The notes beneath the pieces are model-generated. The model did not search any database and was not told the DNA's origin. It saw nothing but the letters and a program-made list of their open reading frames with translations. The translations under genes and the position numbers were made by a program. A stretch of 48,850 nucleotides of DNA, the filler included, from Basidiobolus ranarum (lineage: Eukaryota): NCBI GenBank assembly GCA_040143965.1. It is 2 parts of 2 records of this genome, joined end to end, with 100 filler letters (N's around TTAATTAATTAA, not from the genome) between each part and the next. Parts side by side here need not be neighbours in the genome. Positions count along the whole stretch, not along the records: positions 24,511 to 48,850 come from JASJQH010000155.1; 1 more part is not named here. The stretch is one strand, 5' to 3'. Every line of letters begins with the position of its first letter. The first letter of the stretch is position 1. This document shows positions 37,110-48,850 of this stretch, piece after piece.

Positions 37110-37815
37110 ATGGAGGACAAGATTCGTATCAACTGCATCGCAGTTGTAGGAAAGCAGGTAATTTTCTGTGAACCTTTCCATTTGAAACCCGTTCTTGTTA
37201 GTAATGTTCTTCGGTTTAACCACATTCCTTGACCAAGTAGAATAACCCTTTGTACATCAAAAGTTTCGATCCTCAACAACCTGACCTTAAATATCATTAT
37301 ATCGCCCATACTTCTTGTGATGTTATTGAAGAAAGAGGTATTTCAACTTTATCATAATAATTCCACCTATTATTTACCTCTGAGGCTCTTCTTTCAAAGC
37401 CGCTTCCGCTTCTAAAACAAACGATCTCTACCTTGGTTTACTCTATACTATTGACGATTTAGCAGTGTAAGTGGATTTCTGGAAAAGTGATGTGTAAAAA
37501 TAAATAGAATAATATACTTATGTTTGACTTGTAGATATGGTTATATGACAAATACCCGAATCAAGTTTATCCTTGTATTAACGCTTCGAGAAACCATCAT
37601 CCGCGATGCTGAAGTTCGAAATGTAAAACTATACTGTTACTACTAAATATCTACCTACTTCTACTGACAGTATTTTTTAGATTTTCAAGAGAATTCATGC
37701 TGCTTACATATCCCTTATATGTAATCCATTTTACGATATGGATAGTAATAAATTCATCAAGAGTCCACGGTTTGCATCATTAGTGGAGATGATAGGTAGT
37801 GGTAAAGATATTTAA
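37110..37815 (+). CDS. TRAPPC2L: TRAPP complex subunit 2-like (sedlin-like), 5 exons
   Basis: MEDKIRINCIAVVGKQ|NNPLYIKSF...LKYHYIAHTSCDVIEER|...DLYLGLLYTIDDLAV|YGYMTNTRIKFILV...|IFKRIHAAYISLICNPFY. Confidence 0.92.
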
Positions 37816-38202
37816 CATCTTGATACATTTAACAGTAATCCCTAACCCCAAGGAAATGCTCACTTTTGTGATAATAAATGAAATATTCATCGTAAAACTA
37901 ACCACTCTTAACACTAAGTAACATTCGATATTCATGCATCAAGACTAAAGGAATCGATCAACCAATTTCATCTTTGATTGGCCTTGGTATTTGTTTTGCT
38001 TTTTAACCTTGGATCACATAGGATCTTATTATAGTATAACGAAACTGTATGATTTGACGTGAATAATCAACAACGTATTTGTTTTGATCTGTCGAAAAGG
38101 GATTTCATCAACAATAGTATTACCAGGTCGTGACTTTATTTTCCAACTGGTATATAGAGAATTTATCGTTTATTGTGTCTTATTCTATACCACAATATCG
38201 AT

Positions 38203-41200
38203 ATGTTAGGCGAGTCATACGATCCCGACCTATTGAAAGAGTTTTATCCAGCTCTATTTAAAAAGTATCCTATGCTTAAACCAGGTGAGAGAGCAAACCT
38301 TTGAGCCAACTAGCGTTCCAGGAAATACTTAACTCTATTTTTTTAGCTACTATACATGCTGCGTTAAGTGAGGTTGATTTTGACCAAGACGCGGCGTTTG
38401 AAGTATTGGATTTATTAGCAACAACCAAGGCCAAACCAAATTTGATTAAAAAACGTACCACTTCTTCTTCAGTATTCGAAGTGGTTATCACTAAAAAGCC
38501 TAAAAGTGAAAAATACCAAGACTTTACGACATTCTTGGGTGGTCTTTCTACTCCCGAAACCTCGGTAGAGAATGTATTTACCTCGAAATTACTTCGATTC
38601 TCATACACATTTCTAAACTATTTATCAAATTAGGAAACTCTTACTAACTCTCCTAAAGTAAATAAGGGTAAAGGGAAATTAGTTGAGGTTAGTGCGGGGT
38701 TTATTTCTATTCTATCGAAGGGGATGTTAAATTTATAGCTTCTCTAACTAGTACCCAGTGAATTCAACCACCAAGTCTAATCCGGAAACCACGGTTGAGA
38801 ACCAAATCACACCACCGATTGAGGATGATGAATCCACCTCAGCCTCGCAGACTGAATCTTCAAACGAATCATTACCTTTGTCTAAAGCGTCTAAAGGTAC
38901 ACGAAAGACTCGTACCAATTCAATCAAATCATTCCTAGAAAAGGGGAAGACCGAGAGCAAGGCCAATGCTATCGAGACCAAATTAACAGTTAAATCTCCA
39001 CTTGAAAAAGGCAAAACCGCAAGCAAGGCCAATCCCACTGAATCCAAACCAACCTTCAAATCCTCTGCGTCCAGATATGTCTGTCCACCAGAGGAACTTC
39101 AGGAAGACGAAAATCTGGAGATCTTCGGGGAGGATCTGTCGGAAATTGATGAGAATCACATTCCTTGTCGCACACTCGACAATTTTATCATTTATGATGT
39201 TGCAAAGAACAATCAAATAGTCAGTATTGAGAAGATTGACGATGAAGGAAGAGAATTAAGAGCTTCAGGTGTGGTTAAAACCATCATGGTATCTGACGAT
39301 GGTCCAGTAAACACCGGGAACGCTGTGGATGAGGATCAAGATGACGAGGATTTTGAGATTGACGAAAACGGAGATTTAAACCCAACCAACGGATTCAGTG
39401 GACAGGCAGTTAAGCTCAGCACCATCTTCTATTGGGAGGTTCAATTAGTGGATGACGGTATGAGTGCCATCTGGCTACGTACTCAGTACTCCTGGTACAA
39501 ACTGGTGCGGCCCATTGAAGAGTACGAGAAGTATTATCTCCACATATTCAAGAAGATTCGACTTGCCAACATGCTGATCACTAAAATGGTAAACAATACT
39601 GCGGCTACATATCAGGATTTCTTATCCACCATGAACCAATCTTTAGTCGGCTCTTCAAACACCGATGATATGCGTATCAACTTCTATGAACGGGACATCA
39701 TCAACAATATTGATTATATCTGCGAGGAGATCAACGTTTACCTGGAGGATCAAGACGATTACTCCATCTTCAATAGTCCATTGCTTCATAAACTCACTGA
39801 GATCCGTAACAAAGATGAGGACGGAGGGATGTTCCGTGAGCCTCAACCCATCGACGTTCGTGATAGTGCTACTCGTAAAACGATCCGTAAAATCAAGAAA
39901 TCCGAGCCCGAAGAGAATCCCGCATGTGTTACCCCGCATATCAGTAACTTAGCCAAGGGATTGTTCACCCGACATATTGTCATGTCTAAACATCTCGCTG
40001 ATGCCGTAGCAGAGATGGAAGAAGCCAAGCAAGCTGGAGACAAGGATACCCCCGTCGATATTGAGAATGTCATTGATGTGATCGCCCCTCAAAAAAAGAG
40101 AGCAAAATCTTGCAGAGGCATGAAGATCTCTTGGGTCGGCGAAAGTACGGGAAGCCTTCGTTCCAAAACATATTACTCCCATGTACAGGTTGGTGAGACT
40201 GAGTTAACCATCGGGGATTGTGTGTTGTTGGATACTCGCCCTACGGAGCCAAAATATGTCAAAATTCAATACATGTACCAGGATGCCTTTGGAGTGAAAT
40301 ATTTCCACGGACGTACTTTGATTGGTGGTAAACAGACCGTTTTAGAAGAGGTTTCTCATCCTTTCGAGCTTTTCTTAGTAGATCAGTGCGATACTTGGAA
40401 TATGACATCAATCGCTGAGAAATGTGATCTGAAATTCCTTGAACCTGATGAGGCAGAGCCACAACTGCGACCCCATCCCGACTTCTACTTCTTTAGGTAA
40501 GTGATAAAGTGAATGTTTTCCCATTCAAACCATTGACACATTGATCTTCTATAGATATTGGTACGATCCCGCTTTCCCTACATTCGAGGATATATCCAAA
40601 CATGAGCTAACACCCGAGGGAAATAAGAGATTAAAGGGATGTTATTCATGTGATCGCGAGCGTGAAGAACAAAGGAAGAAAACCCCTCATCCAGTAAACA
40701 AAAAAGGAGTTCGTGGTTTTCTTTACCACGGATTTGAGTATCATATCTCCGATTACGTTTATCTTCTACCTTCCACATCGTATGGGCCCTATGAGATCGG
40801 TCAGATTGTAGAGATAATGAGTTCTCGCGACGATATGAGTGACTTAAAGAGTGTGAAGGTTCGCAGTTTAGTTAGATGTGACACTCTCTTGACCAAGTAT
40901 AAGTCAAAGACTCCCCAAACCAATTTCGACAAGAAAGATGCCAGAGGGCTGTTTGTTACTGAACAATACCTTACTGTGAGTATCGATAAATTAGAGGGCA
41001 CATGTTGGGTTCAACACAAAGATTTAATTCCAGATCTGGACTCCTATAAAGACCAAGCGGACACTTTCTACATTGCTGGACAGCGCACACATAGATCAAA
41101 CAGTGAGCCACTTGAAGAGGTGCCCGTTTCTTCCATTCGTACTTGTCAAGTGTGCAAGTCTGCTCGTGAAGAAGCTAACAGAAGATCGAAAAAACTTCAA

Positions 41201-42646
41201 CAAAAGCGTAAACCTTTAGCCGCATTAGATATTTTCTCTGGTTGTGGTGGTCTTACATGTGGCTTGGAGCAATCCGGTGTTGTCGAAACCAAGTATGCAG
41301 TTGAGTTTTACTCCAGTGCTGCCCTGAGTTTTGAAAAGAATTTTCCTGAGGCCAAAGTCTATAATCAGTGCGCCAATCTATTGCTCGATCGTGCCATCGC
41401 AGTCCATCGTGGGGAAGTACTTCCACCTGTCAAGGATCATATGGACCGCATAATGCCTGAAATGCCAGCTCCTCATGATGTTGATTTCATTTACTGTGGA
41501 CCACCTTGCCAAGGATTCAGTGGTATTAATCGGTTCAAAAAGGCCAATGATGTTAAGAACTCTCTTATCGCCACTTCACTGAGTTACGTGGATTTCTATC
41601 GACCCGAGTATTTCCTTTTGGAGAATGTTCGAGGAATGTTGGCATTTAAACTTGGAGGAGAACAAGATGGTACCAACAGAATCAAAGGTGGAATAAAAAT
41701 GGGAGTGGTGAAGTTCATATTGCGTGCTTTGACCTCTATGGGTTACCAAACAAGATTTAGCTTACAGCAAGCTGGACATCACGGTCTTCCTCAGAGTCGT
41801 CGCCGTTTGTTCTTTTGGGGAGCTAAACGAGGCTCGAATCTACCAGATTTCCCACAACCATCCAACTGTTTCCCCAAGCAAGGCACCCTTAGTATCAACC
41901 TACCGAATGGAAGAAATTTCTGCGCAATTAAACGAACCACAGGACATGCACCTCATCATCCGGTTACGGTAGCTGATGCGATTTGTGATCTACCTGGATT
42001 CGAATATCGTAATCCTGAAGTGGTTTACAAAGACGAGAATCCCAGAAAGAGCATCTTCAAGAAGCTACCAGTTGCAGCCGGTGGCTATATTGGTACCATG
42101 GAGATGGAGTACACCAATCCACCTCTGAGTGAATATCAACGACAACTTCGTAGAAAAGCCAAGAAATTACACAACCATGTTACCAGAGGGTTTAATAGCC
42201 TCACAACAGAACGTCTGTGTAGAGTTCCCATGTGGGCAGGAGCAGATCATTCCAATCTACCAGAGAAGCTGAAGCCATGGTGTTTAAGCAGTCCGGATTC
42301 GGCAGCCAGCAGACATAATGGGTGGAAGGGATTATTCGGAAGATTGGATTTTGATGGCCACTTTCAAACCGCATTAACGGATATGCAACCAATGGGTAAA
42401 CAAGGTACCGTGATACATCCAAATCAAGAGCGTGTACTTACCGTGAGAGAATGCGCCAGAGCCCAAGGTTTCCCGGACCATTTTGTATTCTATAATTTCA
42501 ACAAACAAGACGTAAAAGATCTGCACCGACAAGTAGGCAACGCAGTACCTCCACCATTAGCTGCTGCACTTGGCAGACAATTAAGAGCCGCCCTGGCTGA
42601 GACTGTCTCTGACTCAGATGATGAAGAGGTCGTAGAAGAAGCCTAA
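38203..42646 (+). CDS. DNMT1: DNMT1-type DNA (cytosine-5) methyltransferase: CUE-like N-terminus, RFTS, two BAH domains, catalytic domain
   Basis: Catalytic motifs LDIFSGCGG, GPPCQGFS, LENV, PQSRRR, RVLTVRECARAQGFPD, GNAVPPPLA. RFTS-like RTLDNFIIYD...IWLRTQYSWYKL. BAH regions IGDCVLL and ISDYVYL. Intron 40497-40554. Short 5' exons from ATG 38203 are inferred from splice signals. Confidence 0.92.
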
Positions 42647-42972
42647 ATACGATACAGAAATGCGACCATTTTCTTGATTACTATAGTATTCGTTGTATTA
42701 TTTACTAAACATCTAAGTTATTAGCGTAGACTTTCATGTGTCATTGATGGATTTTTTTCAATTTTATATTATTCGAACTTTAAATAAATTGGGTTAAATA
42801 TTTCATAATCTCGACATAGTATTAAATATTTCAAAGATAAGCCCCTAGCGAAATGTTAAATGAATTAAGTGTGTAGATAACTATAAAAGACAAGAAAAAT
42901 GCTTGGAAAAAACTAATTTCACAAAGAGAAAAATGGAAACTAAAACTGGATGTAAGTCTAAGCCGAGTCATA

Positions 42973-44073
42973 TTAATTGACTTTTTTGCCCTCAAGTTTT
43001 GCTTTCTTCATAGCTTGTTGCTTACGATATGCCTTATACTTGTTATCAGTTCCAAATAAATGGTCCCAGATACGGAACGAGGAGGAATAACAGTTAACAA
43101 AAAACTGATGATGATAGTCATGGTGTTCAGCTCCTCCCCAGAAAGGAACCCAATGGCGAAGTGACCAAGGGAAATCGTAGCCCGAGTGTGCATCTACAGC
43201 TTGCAATAAACGACAACTCATCCATGCAAGCACAGTAATGACGTGCATATCACCAGTGAACCCAATCCAGATAAGAGGTCCACCGAATGTGCCCATAGCT
43301 AGAATCAAAGTTTCCAAAGGATGTGCATATTCAGCAGCCTAATACAAAAATATAAACAATACATCCAGCTTTAAAAAGACCTCTGAATCAAACTTACCAA
43401 CCCACAAGGCGCGGTGAACTCATGGTGCTGCTTATGAATGAACTTGTAGAAGATTCCATAGTGTAAAAGGCGATGCATCCAATAATGATAAAAGTCCTCA
43501 ACAACAAAGAAGAAAGAGATTTGTACTGCCATCTGAAGTCTGTTCAAATCCCAGCAAAGTTAACAACAGACTCACGACTAAAAATCGCATGCGGGAAAGG
43601 TACTTACAAAGAAGGGAAAGGGACTTCGGTGATCTTCATACCAAGAGCAGACACAGTAGGATGGAAAGCCATGATCATTGGAAGTTGAATGAAATGGTTT
43701 TGAATCAAAACACTTTTCAAACACTTCCAACGAACTTCGTTACTAACAGGTTTACCCTAAGCAATAATATAACATCAGTATATGCTTTTAAAGGATAACG
43801 AATGTTACCGCTCTAACCTCCTGGAGTTTATATTTTTGCAACGAAGGAATATGTTCGGCAATCCAGAAGGGAACATAACGACCATAGTAGATGCACTGAT
43901 GTGAAATAAATGTTATCATAGCAAGAACTATAGCATGGTTCCTGCCTTCAAAAAGGGAGAGCCAAAAGCTTTCGATGTCATTTGGCTGGTATTCAGAACC
44001 AACACCGGTCCTATAGAAAAGAAGTTTCAGTAGTCACTCTTAAATAGTGGTGCTAATTTAACTAGGCTTACAT
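42973..44073 (-). CDS. ERG25: C-4 methylsterol oxidase (sterol desaturase family), multi-exon
   Basis: His boxes [34 protein letters not shown]-terminus [10 protein letters not shown]...[24 protein letters not shown] is split AT|G by intron 44011-44071. Confidence 0.92.
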
Positions 44074-44656
44074 CTTGGAATATTGCCAGAAAGATTAAGA
44101 TTTCAAGAAGCTGAAGTGGCGAAGTTGTGATCTATTGACACAAAGGGAAGATACAATGAGAGCACGAAGGACAATGGGAAGATTACCTGTATTTATTTAG
44201 CGCAATGACGAGGGTACCTAAAGTGGGGGTATTTACTTTATTTGTTTGTGTGTAACATTTCTATCAGTAATTTCATGATTCTTCACATTCATTTGTGAGT
44301 TTGAATCAAATAAATGAAAATCATTTAGAAACTTTTGATCGGCTCGGAAGACACTGCTTCAAAAGGACTTTAATATATGATATATACGGAAAAACACATG
44401 TCTAATCTACCGCAATGTAAGTTTCATTCATTGAAGTTCTAATCTGATAAAAAGCATCTGATAAGCGAGGTAATGCTCTTCCATATTGGAATCAATCTTG
44501 GCATCATTTTGGGCTCTATTATAGAAACCTGTCATATATGATAATGAGACAAAGTAGCTCTATAAAGAAAACTAACATGTGAATAACAATGTGGCAAGTT
44601 GTATCTTTGCTGTCTTGAAACCCTTAGATTGAGGTAAGCATATTGCAGATGGTGTT

Positions 44657-45180
44657 GAGATTAGCATAGCCTAAACATCTATATAGCCATGTATAGCTTA
44701 GTATTTAGCTGTTCCATATTGAACTAAGATATCACCTCAAGAGGAATTTACTTAGAAGTTTAAAGATACATCAATTCTGAGAACTTGTGCTGGAAGCCCC
44801 ACACTTTGCACACATGTTTCGGGCACCTTCCTTAACACATTCTACATGTTTGTTTGTTTACATCTTGACAAAAATATAAATATCTACTGCCTACTCAATA
44901 AATCAATAAGCAAAAACCACCAATTCTTCTAGTTCAAAAAACCACTTCCAACAAACTCTCGAAATACTTCAACAGATGGTGATGTGATGGAGATGTGTTC
45001 AGTATATGCATATATGCCAAGTGCAAGCATGTATATTTATGTAAACTCTGAGATATTTTATAGGTTGTTCTTGTAGATTCAACTAGTAGTGAACTTTCTA
45101 TAGTTTTTAACTGGTCTTTGTGACGAGTCTTTATGATATCTTCAGTGAAGAAATTGGCTTTAGGGAAAACTAGCAATGGA
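44657..45180 (+). mobile_element. Decayed dispersed repeat, copy 1; probable LTR-retrotransposon (Ty3/Gypsy-like) integrase remnant
   Basis: Nucleotide similarity over ~300 bp to ~47977-48320 and (inverted) to 48721-48850. Stop-riddled frame GIYLEV*RYINSENLCWK...QKYKYLL...KTTSNKLSKYFNRW*C resembles integrase Zn-finger and rve spacing. Confidence 0.55.
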
Positions 45181-45713
45181 GTGTGAATTAATTCCGACTA
45201 CATCACAAATATCTATTTCTTGCACTAATCAAATTAATTAACTAAGGGTTTAAATTAATGCACTTCAGTGATATTTCACCATAATATTTGTGTTTCGAGA
45301 AATCTAGTACTAATGGTTATCCCGTAACTGAAGAATATTCCTTGTTCGCAGGTTGCTATTACATTCGAGATACCGTGTACTTGACAGAACCTGACGTGAA
45401 GGTGTACAGAAGGATTTGTTAAACTGATTTTAATCCCCATATTAATTAACATTGCTACTCAAGCAGCGCTCAAACTTAGTGCCTATCCTATAGAAAGGTG
45501 TTCTATGGTTTTGGAAATTCTGAATTCCCATAAATGGCTACTAAATACCGGATTTCCATATTTTTATTAATTTCACCGAAACGTAGGACGTAACGTCCAC
45601 CAAGAGAACTGAGTTAAATGAGAATCCTAGCTAGGTAAAATTTATCTACTGTCAGTGTTGCTGCTTGGTTAAATACCTTTCTTCACATTGTTTTTACAAA
45701 CAAAATATTTGCT

Positions 45714-46880
45714 ATGACTTTCCTTACTGACGCCGACTTTCCACCTCTCAAGAACGACTTGATACTTCGCGCAGCTCGTGGTGAACAAGTTGAGCGTGTT
45801 CCAGTTTGGGTGATGCGTCAGGCTGGTCGTTATTTGCCAGGTGAGCCTATTTTCAACCAGCTGTGTTATCGCTCTTTACTAAACCTTTTGTCCCTTATAG
45901 AATATCTCGAGGTTTCTAGAAAGCATCCTTTCTTCGAAGTTTGCCGTACTCCAGAATTGGCTACTAAAGTGACCCTTCAACCAATAGACCGTTACCCTGG
46001 ACTTCTTGATGCCTCTATTATTTTCTCCGACATTCTAGTTGTCCCTCAAGCATTAGGTATGGAGGTTCAAATGCTTCCCGAAAAAGGTCCTCATTTTCCC
46101 TCCCCCTTGAATACTCCAGCTGACCTGGAACTTTTGGAGAAAGAAGTTGACGTCAACAAGACCCTCAGCTATGTATTTGATGCTATCACTATGACTAGAA
46201 AGGCTTTAGATGGTCGTGTTCCTCTCTTTGGTTTCTCCGGTGCTCCTTGGACGTTAATGGCCTATATGATTGAGGGCGGTGGTAGCAAGAATTACGCCAA
46301 GGCTAAGACTTGGTTTTATCAGTACCCCGAGGCAACCCATCAACTTCTCCAACGTCTTACTGACGTGATCGTTGACTATTTGGTTGGGCAAGTTAAAGCT
46401 GGAGCACAGATGCTTCAATTGTTTGAGTCATGGGCCGGTGAACTCACTCCTGAAGATTTCAAAACTTTCTCTCTACCATATCTCAGCCAAATCGCAACTC
46501 GTGTTAAGAGCGAATTAAAGGCCATTGGTGCTAATGTTGCTCCTATGTTCGTATTTGCTAAAGGCGCCCACTATGCTTTGGAAGAACTCTCAGTGAGTGG
46601 CTACGATGTAGTCTCGTTGGATTGGACCATTGATCCCTTGGTTGCTAAAGCCCAAACTCAAGGACGCGTTACTTTACAAGGCAATCTTGACCCATGCATG
46701 TTGTTTGCTCCTGAAAAAGCCATACGCGAGGTTACTCGTACTATGTTAGAGAAATTCGGTACCAAGCAACGTTACATTGCTAACCTTGGACATGGTATGC
46801 TTCCCACCCATACCCCCGAAGGTCTCCAGGCATATTTACAGGCTATTAAGGATATCAGTTTAGAGATGAACAAAGCTTGA
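45714..46880 (+). CDS. HEM12: Uroporphyrinogen decarboxylase (one 60-nt intron, 45841-45900)
   Basis: Motifs PVWVMRQAGRYLP|EY, IIFSDILVVP, GFSGAPWTLMAYMIEGGGSK, LQGNLDP, YIANLGHG. Confidence 0.97.
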   Translation: MTFLTDADFPPLKNDLILRAARGEQVERVPVWVMRQAGRYLPGEPIFNQLCYRSLLNLLSLIEYLEVSRKHPFFEVCRTPELATKVTLQPIDRYPGLLDASIIFSDILVVPQALGMEVQMLPEKGPHFPSPLNTPADLELLEKEVDVNKTLSYVFDAITMTRKALDGRVPLFGFSGAPWTLMAYMIEGGGSKNYAKAKTWFYQYPEATHQLLQRLTDVIVDYLVGQVKAGAQMLQLFESWAGELTPEDFKTFSLPYLSQIATRVKSELKAIGANVAPMFVFAKGAHYALEELSVSGYDVVSLDWTIDPLVAKAQTQGRVTLQGNLDPCMLFAPEKAIREVTRTMLEKFGTKQRYIANLGHGMLPTHTPEGLQAYLQAIKDISLEMNKA

Positions 46881-47067
46881 GGAAGTAAATCGCTCGCTGG
46901 TGAGTTGACCCTATCTTTCACCCTCTCTATCAAAACCTAATTTGATTTAATATCTTTACTGAGAATGTAATTTAGTAAATATTTAGCGTACACCTTAATA
47001 AAGAAGTTTTTTGTACCAGATACAAAGACCGAACCATTTTAACGCAACCCTCATTGATTCTTAGAAT

Positions 47068-47094
47068 TTAGGGATATTAGGGATATTAGGGATA
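47068..47094 (+). repeat. 9-bp tandem repeat TTAGGGATA x3 (telomere-like core)
   Basis: ttagggata ttagggata ttagggata. Confidence 0.8.
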
Positions 47095-47287
47095 TTTTAC
47101 ACTACTGTCTTCAATAGCCAAGTCAGTAAGACTGGATTAATGCTTCAATAGGGAAATATGTCTCGTGCCATATCAACAGTCATAATTACCAATATGAATT
47201 ACTTGCAGAATTGCTTGCAGCAGTGAATATCGACTGACATATTTCAAGCAATTAATGGATGCAGTTGCACATGATCAAACTCTGCTC

Positions 47288-47351
47288 AAGATTAATCCAT
47301 TGAAAGATATCGAAAGAAAGATTAATCCATTGAAAGATATCGAAAGAAAGA
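47288..47351. repeat. Perfect 30-bp tandem duplication
   Basis: AAGATTAATCCATTGAAAGATATCGAAAGA x2 followed by AAGA. Confidence 0.9.
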
Positions 47352-47976
47352 CTACTGGTAGTACATGTTGCTTATATATTTTATGTGGTGGCTTTAGTTA
47401 GAACTTCGACCTATTAGATGACATACTTTACGATTTTGTATGAACTATGTGTGCTAGTACCAATCGAATCTCTCGGCATCAATCCCTAATGGATAAGAGT
47501 TTATCATAATATTAATTATTAATGTGGAAAGAATTGACATATTAGAATTCTGTTATAACTTCATTTATACAAAGAAAAATGCTATTTGTCAGCAATCAAC
47601 GCTTTGATAGTAACTCAAGTATTTTCTTCCTCTAAATGCTTCATAATTTATTGTATTTTAATACTTTGATCAGAAATATAGGTGGTTACAGACTTGTTGC
47701 ATTTCCTTTATAATAGCAAATATATTCATCAAAATGTTCTCTATGCCAAGAATATTTCTGACAGCTTTACAGATTGTATTGAAGATGATAATATGGAATG
47801 AGGCTGCACAGAAATCTTTGAAACTGGGATTAAAAGTCAGTGGAAGTAACATTTCAGACATACATATCTGAGAACTATGAAATTCATATGCAAGAATATG
47901 ACATGCACAAGAATAGAAAATAATATGTACGCATGGAGACTTGCTCGGTAGTATAGTGTTTGAGATTCAATATATA

Positions 47977-48520
47977 TGAGTAGCATGGCCTAAACATCTA
48001 TATAGTCATATATAGCTTAGTACTGAGTTATCTTATATTTCATTAAGATATTATCCATTATTCTCATGAGGAATTTACTTAGAATATTGACACCAACTTA
48101 GAAGTTCTCAGATATCTAGATTTTGATAACTTGTGCTAGAAGTCCCAAACTTTGCGCACATGTTTCTGGGACCTTCTTAAAAACATTCTACTTGTTAGTT
48201 TGCTTACATCTTGACAGAACTGTAAATGTCAACTTTCAACTGAATAAATCAATAAATGAAAACCATCAATTTCTCTAATTCTCCAAACCACTTCCAGCAT
48301 GCTCCCAAATACTTCAACAATATCCAGCCTCACTTGGCTTTACTGCAATATATACAGAGATATTCAGTTGAATAAGGCTCACTTAGATGTAGATAATACT
48401 TACTATAAAGGAAATAAAGCTCATCTCCAGCCACTTTGATTTTTGATTTAGATATTTTTCCACCAACATTCAGTAACTTATGCAAATGGCAGGAGAAAGA
48501 TCATATCAGCAATAAGTTTT
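47977..48520 (+). mobile_element. Decayed dispersed repeat, copy 2 (integrase-like remnant)
   Basis: Shares tagcat.gcctaaacatctatatag, gaggaatttacttagaa, acatcttgaca and aaaccacttcca with copy 1. Frame EVLRYLDFDNLC*KS, with ANG downstream. Confidence 0.55.
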
Positions 48521-48720
48521 TTAGCATTAATTACTGAGAAACAGCTTCTTTTATATATATACATGAAGTGCCAGTAGCTGTCAATTAGTTATTCAGATGT
48601 CACCAAACTTCACAAGTCCAGTGATATAAAGTCATATTGTAAGAATAAATACATGATGAAGTATCACAGTTAAACTCTTGAATATCTATACATCATGTTA
48701 CTGTTAAAGTATATCGGGAT

Positions 48721-48850
48721 CCCGTTGGAAATGGTTTGGAGAACTAGAGAAATTGGTGGTTTTCACTTATTGATATATTGAGTATTCAATTGACATTTAT
48801 AGTTTTGTCAAGATGTTAATAAGCTAACAGGTAGAGTATGTTAAGGAAGG
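48721..48850 (-). mobile_element. Decayed dispersed repeat, copy 3 (inverted, runs off the window end)
   Basis: Reverse complement ccttccttaaca...acatcttgacaaaa...aaaaccaccaatt...ccaaaccatttccaac matches ~44826-44952 and ~48172-48297. Confidence 0.7.

Noticed and set aside
44640-44700. Copia GAG-pre-integrase reading on the minus strand (WLYRCLGYAN) and a U6-like GATTAGCAT.GCC match
   Set aside because: The plus-strand integrase-like reading gives more motifs in a plausible order, and there is no ACAGAGA box for U6. The TE class remains uncertain.

Overview
Eukaryotic, intron-rich, AT-rich genomic DNA with short 55-120 nt introns. The gene content (DNMT1-type methyltransferase, CBM19-type tail, this style of GST) points to an early-diverging fungus (Mucoromycota/Zoopagomycota-like); this placement is an inference. 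An artificial spacer (N44-TTAATTAATTAA-N44, 24411-24510) splits the window, so the two halves may not be contiguous. The left half holds a Ser/Thr-rich chitin-binding protein, an LEA/apolipophorin-like protein, a calmodulin-like paralog, Rab5, RPL20, 6-phosphogluconolactonase, OHCU decarboxylase, LAS1, uL14m, TAF7, an atypical 1-Cys peroxiredoxin and a gap-truncated formin. The right half holds a decayed SNF2-helicase segment with a ~125-bp tandem array ending at telomere-like repeats, a GST and GST-pseudogene pair, a small secreted Arg-rich protein, a Nudix hydrolase, LCP5/NGDN, ACS, TRAPPC2L, DNMT1, ERG25, HEM12 and three copies of a decayed integrase-like repeat. The most notable observations are: (1) a direct CpG-deamination footprint in the repeats, in the same window as a DNMT1 with a CUE-like N-terminus; (2) the SNF2/minisatellite/telomere-repeat segment; (3) two GC-AG introns in Rab5; (4) an ERG25 start codon split by an intron; and (5) a structured RPL20 intron. 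All calls were made by eye; no database searches were run.
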